A stretch of 64,000 nucleotides of DNA from Eledone cirrhosa. Its lineage: Eukaryota. The translations under genes and the position numbers were made by a program. Shown here piece after piece: positions 55,858 through 64,000 of the stretch. Position 1 is the stretch's first letter. Each line of letters opens with the position of its first letter. The stretch is taken from the NCBI GenBank assembly GCA_964016885.1, contig OZ024751.1, positions 17,360,001 to 17,424,000 on the forward strand, given 5' to 3'. Below the pieces are notes generated by a model that worked only from the letters and a program-made list of their open reading frames with translations, was not told where the DNA came from and ran no database searches.

Positions 55858-57219
55858 CAAACATAATGAGAGTTCATATGACACATTTTCTTGTGACCGG
55901 AAAAATGCTTTCTTCTTCATTCACTTAATAACATATAACATTCTTTTTAACTGCTTTATGTAATAATCGTTGGCAAATATGTGTATGTTCCTTAAGGAGA
56001 GTGTTGAATCATGTTGTCCCATTGTCTAGAGAATATTAAATTTAGTAGTGGAAATGTTCCTTTATCTAGGAGAAATATAGAATAATTTGTAAACATTTTC
56101 ACACACAATAATGACAAGAGCCCTTATATAGTATAGCGTAAAAATATTGATTATTGTACAATAACGTTTTCATGATGAATGGAAATTACTTCAGATGAAT
56201 GAAATCCAACTGAAGCTTTTACAATTAATGTCTTCTTTATATGTAGCAAAATTTTATCAAGTTCCTTATGGGTATTCTAAAGCAAATTCAATCAATAAGT
56301 GTATAACGCCACAACGACAAAACACGGCTTTTGAATAACCGACAGAAATTTTAATAGCAGCTTCTACAAACACACTTCATGTTTGCGAAACAAAGAAAAA
56401 GGGATAATCAGAATACTTTCCGCAAAATATTGAATTTGAATGACATAGGAGTTAATTTTATCGTTGCTTATCATATACTCAAGTAAATCATACTAGACTT
56501 TACCGATTTCAAAGTTTTAACTAATGGATCGCAAAAAAGATTTAACCTGTTTCAAATTAACATAAAACCTTAGATTCCTTAAATGAGACGTCTGTAATAT
56601 CGAGGAAATGCAAACGTATTAACAAGGTCTTCCTACTTAACTTCAATTGAACTTTTGCACTCGACTAATCCCTAATAGCTTACTGTTGACCTGGCCAGTA
56701 ATATTGCATGATGATGTTGTCGGATGTGATGTGTGACGAAGCATGACACTTGAATTACAAGTAAAACTGATATTTGCCAGTTGAGTGGACATAACAGCTT
56801 AACCACATAGCCATGCAGGTTTACAACACCGTGTATAAACACGTGTGTATGAAGTCTTATGGACAAAGAGTATTATTCTTTGAAATTTCATTTAAGTTAA
56901 AGATACATCACAAAATGTCTATTACGACAGCACTAATGATTATGATGTTATGTGTAATACTTATGATAATATTCTGAAAATATTGCTTCACCTTTTTATA
57001 CAACTAACGTGAAGTATACAAGTAATTATGTTGATAATATAAAAGACAATTGTAATAAGACTATAAATTATATTCAGCATATATATGTGTTTCATGTATC
57101 CACCGTCTAATTATCAATTTAGCTTCATTTTTTTAACTTTCATATATGTTTCATTTTCTCGAAATGTCAAAACAAATATTCAAAGCTTTTATCTTTTGCG
57201 TTGTTTATTCTTTTTTCAG

Positions 57220-57261
57220 AGGTCTGAAATTGTCATTTTCCTGTTAAGGATTTTCCTTGAG
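57220..57261 (+). other. Candidate 42-nt exon
   Basis: Strong polypyrimidine tract ttattcttttttcag|AGGTCT...CCTTGAG|gtaatc. Open in phase 0 (RSEIVIFLLRIFLE). Confidence 0.3.
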
Positions 57262-58489
57262 GTAATCATAATTGACATTTAGAAATGTATTCCATTTACA
57301 AAAATATCAATTATAATTATCCGTCCTACGTAGTTAAATCTTCATGTAGCTTTTTAGATTATTTTGTTCAGCAAATAGAGATATTTACAGTTATGTGTAT
57401 TTTCCTCTTTCTATGGGCTTGTCAATGTTATTAAAATTCATTACATAATATATTTCATAATGTTTTCTATTTTATATTCTGTACAAATGTCGTTATAATT
57501 ATTATGCTAATTTAAATTAACTATGTTGTTAAAAAATTACCTGTAGAGTTTGCACAACATTCCACTTAGACATATACCATCAGGGAATAACGTCACAAAT
57601 TTACGTTCTAAAACTGTCTCAGAGCATTATATTGCATTTCAAATATATTTAATTATTAAGATTCCCAACGTAACAGTGAGCGTATAAACTATATAACCAC
57701 CCCCAACAATTAAATAATTCACTAAAATAGGAGAGACATTAATTGTGTCCACTTATTAAAGGATTTGAATGGAACTACGTCGGTTTCGACGATGAATGAT
57801 TTTTTTGATTGGTTCAACCGGAGGGATTGATAGTAAAATTAACGTGTAAGTAGTGTCTGAACATACCACAGTCAGGTATACCTTTAACGTAGTTCTCAGA
57901 TGTGACACATTGTGTGACAGGACTGCTCTTTTGAATTACTCATTTACTCCAGTTGAGTGGACTAGGACAACGTGATATAAATGTCTTGGTCATGAACAAA
58001 GAGAACGGTCCAGAACCGAGCACTCTAACCACTGAGATGCCGCGTGCCTTTACTAGTAAAACATAACGCTATGAATGTTTCAGTGTATCACATGTATGTT
58101 TTTATACCTGCAGCAACATTTTATCTGTCCTCTAAAGCAGCGGTTTTCAACATTCTTCTATCCATGAATATTTGAATACGGCCATAGATATTTTTTTGCC
58201 GACCATCACATTAAATCATGGGACCTACAGGAAGTTTAAACAAATAATTTATAAACAATGTTACATATTTCGACTCACCACAGAAAGTTGGGGTTAAGCT
58301 AATTCTTTCAACTACATTAAAGCTCCCTATTCCATTATTATGGTAATTAACATATTACATCATTATAAACCTCTCCCGCTCTCTTCCACGTCATTGTATA
58401 GTGTGTATTTTAGATAATGAGAATATTCTCCTTTGCTTTACCGTTTTCTATGTTACTTCTTAGAGTCTCTATCTATCTCTCTATCTGTA

Positions 58490-58587
<98 letters not shown>

Positions 58588-58647
58588 ACACAGGAAGGTA
58601 ATATCCATAGTGGTAGAGCACTCAGTCCATGGGACGAGTTAGGTAGA

Positions 58648-58747
58648 AGTAGTAACACAACAGTTAGATCACCATACCGAGAAGAATGGTTTCACGCATA
58701 AGATGAAACAATTGTTCTCGGTATGGTGAACTAACTCTTGTGTTACT

Positions 58748-58807
<60 letters not shown>

Positions 58808-58914
58808 GTAAAAATTAGAAAGAGAATCCGGGACTGCGAAGAAATACCTATGATGGCTAGTAGATCACTGATGATGGATCGTACTGGCTTCTCTTTCTAA
58901 TTTTTACTTCATAT
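58648..58914. mobile_element. Two short fold-back elements between TA tracts
   Basis: 58648-58750 hairpin containing GAAACAATTGTT (3' half of a hammerhead with palindrome). 58801-58914 has 26-bp arms enclosing CTGATGA. Confidence 0.6.
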
Positions 58915-58953
58915 GTATCACAATCGCAACAACACAGCCCGCCATTTTTCATT

Positions 58954-58994
<41 letters not shown>

Positions 58995-59214
58995 ATCGAA
59001 TGTAGAAAAGTAACACATGAGTTGATATGTATAAAAACAAATAGTAGAAAAGAAAAAGATTTTTTCAGTAGATATTGTAGAGATTTTTTCAGTGAAATAT
59101 CAAAACATTAATTTATTTACAAGACAAAGACCATACCCTCAGTTGCTAATAACAGAGAAGGATGGACTCTCTTCTCTGAATGAATGTGTATGTGAAAATT
59201 AATGTTTATTTCCC

Positions 59215-59218
<4 letters not shown>

Positions 59219-59246
<28 letters not shown>

Positions 59247-59607
59247 GTTTTTATTTTCTTTCATTATTGTTTATACTATATATGCCAAGTGTCTTCCTGA
59301 CACCTAGGGCAAATAAATTCACAGTGTGCATTGGTAAGCCAGTTAATACAGCACATTGATTATAATAAAAAAAAACAGTATACATATATACACATGCGCA
59401 TATGTAAATACAAGAAGGGATATCAATCTTACAGAGATAATGCTCTTCTCAATACGTGTGTAGTACAAGTCAAAACAATTTTTTGCACCTCGTGCAGGGA
59501 GGGTAAACCAGGAATCGTCGCAAATTTTGTTCTGTTCCTTTCTTGATCATTCCCAGTCCTCCCACAATCACTGGTATTGTAAGGGCCTTGAGGTGCCACA
59601 TTTTCTA
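59219..59607 (-). mobile_element. 3' end of an R4/Dong-like (RLE-endonuclease) non-LTR retrotransposon
   Basis: Minus strand KMWHLKALTIPVIVGGLGMIKKG / frameshift / IPGLPSLHEVQKIVLTCTTHVLRRALSL*, matching the RLE C-terminal pattern. Followed by a 3' UTR and a (TAA)n tail. Confidence 0.8.
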
Positions 59608-59955
59608 AATGTAACAAAACGACTTACTAATATAAGTAAACAAATCCACTATCCCGATGTCTCCCAAAAGTAACGGTTGCATTTTGAAAGGGTATGTTAA
59701 TATTTATTTATAAAACTGGTATATATTGTATTTTGTCTGATGAAAGTATACCATAATTTAACATGGTATCCTTGAAATATGTATAATAAAATAGATATGG
59801 TTTTATAAATATAGTTTCCATTTGTTAATATCGTATATTTACTCCAAATACTTGTCGAGTGCTTTATATCTGTTATACAAATATTTGCTTGTTGTATCCC
59901 AACAATTTAAATAGAACTTTTGCATATATATATATGTGTGTGTAAATAAATATAG

Positions 59956-59988
<33 letters not shown>

Positions 59989-60103
59989 TGTATGTATGTA
60001 TGTATGTATGTATGCATGTATGTATGTATGTATGTATGTATGTATGTATGTATGTATGTATGTATGTATGTATGCGTGTGGGTGTGTGTATGTGTTTACT
60101 TAC

Positions 60104-60327
60104 CTGATTTAAAACATTCTCACTAACAGTATCATATATCATTACGTCTAATGCAAAAGTGCGTGTTTTGAAACCTAAGGCAGCGATCAACTGATTCGCA
60201 GACATGTTGTCAACAATATGATATTGTTCATTACATTGAAACAAACATTGTAATATGGTGTTACAGGCTGATTGAACAGTTAATGATAGCACTCAGATGG
60301 AAATATTGTAGATATGATTGAGAAATT
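60104..60327 (-). other. Candidate exon (possible first coding exon, ATG at 60205)
   Basis: Acceptor ctttcatgtgtcag, 34 codons MSANQLIAALGFKTRTFALDVMIYDTVSENVLNQ, perfect donor CAG|GTAAGT. No recognised homology or partner exon. Confidence 0.25.
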
Positions 60328-62759
60328 CTGACACATGAAAGATACATACATTTCAGGGAATTTTCAGACATTTCAATAATCTATTACCACCACAACGACG
60401 CTCCGTTGGAAATTACACAGGAAAACAAATAGAACATATACGAATAACTTTGAGTAATATACAGTCATGCGTTACAAATTGTATATCATTTGTTAATATT
60501 ATGCAAATACTACATAATGTGCATATTCTACTTATGACATGTCCATAATATATGCACTATGTAGGCACCATGCCGAACCACATTCATGAACACATGTCAG
60601 TGCATATACCAGAGGCATTTGCTGATAAACATGCTGATTTAGATTTCGAAAACAATATAAAAGCCATGTGTATTTGTCCGTAAGGCACTAGAGATGGCTG
60701 ATGACAAACTACACAAGCAGCGTTTAACATTCGCTACACCCATGTGTCTATATCTATAGCCAATTGGCTAAACACATTGGCTGTTATGATTATGTGAGTG
60801 CTTGTGTTTGTGTGAGTGTGTGTGTGTGTATGTGTGATTGTGTAAATAATATTTATATATAATATTTGTGTGAGTGTATATGAGTTCGTGTATTTATTTA
60901 GAAAGATACATAGACAATAGAATTACAAACACACATCCATCTATACATACACATATATAAACAGACACACTTAGAAAAAATTATTATTACATACACACAC
61001 ATCTATGTGACGACTGAAGAAGGCGGTGGAGGTGAGAAACTTTACAAGTCCAGCGTTCTAAGAATCGTCACAGCTGTGTGTTTGTATGTTTGTATCACTT
61101 GTGTGAACGTGCACGAAGAAACCAAGAAACCAACCAACAAACCTCTCTTTTTTATATTACGTATAGATATTACAATTAGCCGTCATTTTTTACGGCACAG
61201 GACCTGCTAATGGTATAATAATACTTTATTAAACTATTTCAACTTATTGTTTAGGTGGAGTATTTGTAGAGTCGTTAGAACTTCCGATGCTTTGAGGTAG
61301 TCATACCAAGTCGCTTGGATCTCTGTGTTCAAATCTCACCGAGGATAAATTGCGTTTTTCACCCTTTCAAATGCGATGCAATTGTACCGTTCCAGTACGA
61401 AATCTCTGTCTATGACATTCTCTATGTTTCTCACCTGTTTTCAGAGTTGGGGAGATGATGTGCCCTGCCATGATTTAAAGTGCCCATATGGGTCATTTAA
61501 AAAGCTGAATTCTGCATCATAATTTTACATCCTTATCTTATATAAGTTTATGATATATTTAAGTAATATTATTGTAATGATATCTAGGAAACTAAAAGAC
61601 CTGAATATGGAAAGAAAGTTTCCATCTGTCTTTCAGTTGTTGATAATATCTTTCGGTCACTAATCTCAACAGAAGGAGGCAGGTTTTAAATGAAACCCCA
61701 CAAAACTGGATCAGGTGCCGCAAAGCTTTTCATCCTATTCTTTAATAAATCAACCAACTAACCACCGCAGCAACCCTGAATTTCTGAGAACCGAAGTTAA
61801 TATTGGTGGAATTTGAAATTAGAATGCCTTCAGCCAAAACATATAACGAGGCACTTAATTCGACGCCTTTTCATTTCTGCTAATTCCAAACAAAGTTAAA
61901 ATTTTCAAACTATGAAAGAAACAATAAATAAATTTACATAGAAATCTGGAATGTGATGCTAATGATGATATTTATAATTCTGTGCATGAATGTGCTATCG
62001 TTATGGATGTTAAAATTTGATACGAGATATTTTGAACTCAGTTGCACGAGATATTTTGAACTCAAGCAAAATTAATCTGCTTGTCAAAATGTCAACACAA
62101 CTCAGTCTCTACTTGTTTCCGGGGGGGGGGGGGATTAAATTTATTCTATAAAATGATAAATACACAAGAATATTGATCTATTAATCACATCATTTTAAAA
62201 TGACACGTATGAAGGAATTTTACAATAGCTGATAAATGTATCTTTTCGTCACGTAGATTAACTGAATTTAACAGAAGAATGAACACAAAATATGACACGT
62301 CTCTTTTAGAATCATCCTTTAGCGTTTATACAGTGTGCTTCTGAAAAACCTTGCTTAATTCATAAGGAAAATCTTTAAAATGTGGGAGCCATTTTTACCG
62401 TATCCTCTGTTTTTATCTCTATAAACGTCATTTTGGTCTTTTTACTTCTTGTTGTGTCCACAAGAGTGACATTTACAAAGCTTGGCTAGATGTGGTCCCG
62501 CCAGAGCTAAATATATTGTCTCAGAGAAGGACACATAATGAGAAAAAGCATGTTAGAAGCGATATCAAGGAATAATTTAGCCCAGTGCTAGACTGATATT
62601 TCTATCAACCGTAAATGGATGAAAAACAGTTGACAAGGAAAGATTAGAACTCAGAGAGCAGAGAAACGGTACGAATACTGCAAAGCATTCTATGCAACGT
62701 ACTAACGAATCTGCTAATTCCCCGTCATTATCATAATTACATGCCATTGCCATTGCCCT

Positions 62760-63545
62760 TGCCATTCTCAGTTCAAATCTCGCCGAGGTTAACTTTGCCT
62801 TTCATCCTTACGGGGTCGATAAAATAAAGTACCAGTAATACACTGGGTAATTGCTGGCCTTGTGCCAAAAGTAGAAACAGTTATCATAATTATATAATAT
62901 ATAATATAATGTATTATCATAATATATTATCATAAATATATAATATATAATATAATATATTATCATAAATATATAATTTTTCTACTATTGGCACAAGGCT
63001 AGCAATTACCCAGTACATTACAGGTACTTTATTCTATCCACCCCGTAAGGATGAAAGGCAAAGTTAACCTCGCCGCGATTTGAACTCAGAATGGCAAAGT
63101 CCGTAACCCTATGCGTCAAAGCATGGCGTCCGACCCTCTACCGATACTGCCAATTCACCGCCCATATATAGTATAAATATATAAGGATGAGAGGTTAACT
63201 TTGCATTTCATCCTTACGGGTTAGATAAAATAAAGTACCAGTAATACACTGGGATAATTGCTGACATTGTGCCAACAGTAGAAACAATTATCATAAATAT
63301 TTAAGGATGAAAGGCAAAGTTAACCTCGACGGGATTTGAACCTTTTACATTCTGAGTTCAAATCCCGCCCAGGTTAACTTTGCCTTTCATCCTTACGGCG
63401 TCGATAAAATCAATTACCACTCACGCACTTGTGTCGATTTAAGCGACTTTCCCCTCCCACAAAATTGCTGGCCTTATGCTTATATAAGAAACCATTATCA
63501 TAAATATACTGGTCTTGTGTCAAAAGTAGGACAATTATCATAAAT
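62760..63545. mobile_element. Cluster of SINE copies and fragments in alternating orientation
   Basis: Approximately 62760-62885 (+), 62975-63162 (-), 63190-63292 (+), 63303-63341 (-) and 63350-63500 (+, long form), with repeated ATTATCATAAATAT junctions. Confidence 0.85.
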
Positions 63546-63906
63546 ATCCTTGGTATATATGCCTTCATATACTTTCATATGCATTCATATGTACCACTAC
63601 TGCTCACGGTTATATATGAATAATAAATATTACAGAGCATATATCCTTTATTCCGTGTGACTCGTTGAAGTTAGAATAAAAATAAAATGAGAAAGAACAG
63701 CACCTGTTTATCTTTTTCAATAATTATCTCTTTTGGTTTTGTACAATACTGTTATCATCAATTAATTATAGTCAAAGTATTCCAGAAATTACTACATTAC
63801 ATTAAATATATATATATCACACATCAATCTAAAACCACTTTTCATATGTTGATTTAAAACTGCACTATCCACAAGTGTTTTTTAGCCTTCATATCATGTT
63901 CTCCTG

Positions 63907-63973
63907 TTTTATCTGATGAAAACACAAATATTATTGCATGATGATGTTTGTTTTTGAAATGCGCATAATAAAA
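63907..63973 (+). ncRNA. Type I hammerhead ribozyme, identical to 52594-52660
   Basis: 63884-64000 matches 52571-52687 almost exactly. Confidence 0.8.
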
Positions 63974-64000
63974 TACATGGAACTCCTTTAACAATCTTTT

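Noticed and set aside
56672-56866. 64-aa minus-strand ORF
   Set aside because: Overlaps a degenerate CORE-type SINE remnant and has no protein-like features.
57541-57607. Minus-strand exon candidate (RKFVTLFPDGICLSGMLCKLY)
   Set aside because: Weak acceptor, and not phase-compatible with the 60104 candidate exon.

Overview
AT-rich, repeat-saturated eukaryotic DNA, most likely intronic or intergenic sequence from an octopus or other coleoid cephalopod. This origin is inferred from the SINE families and the (TA)n/(CA)n/(TATG)n/(CTA)n microsatellite load. No intact host gene is evident, and almost all ORFs in the track are microsatellite read-throughs. Identifiable content: about 25 copies or fragments of a tRNA-headed SINE, CORE-type SINE remnants, non-LTR retrotransposon fragments (RTE, L1/Tx1-like, R4/Dong-like), Helitron/Helentron-like and hAT-like non-autonomous elements, a 4.7-kb 30-bp minisatellite, and several candidate micro-exons. 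The most notable hidden structure is a set of many small, unrelated elements embedded in (TA)n tracts. They carry hammerhead-ribozyme folds (CUGANGA-stem II-GAAA-stem III-NUH) and are typically arranged as inverted (fold-back) pairs whose junctions fall in or next to the ribozyme core. Two retain Penelope-like GIY-YIG endonuclease remnants. A tandem tRNA-like (GGA anticodon) 257-bp unit also sits in a TA tract. All calls were made by eye, with no database searches, and element boundaries are approximate.
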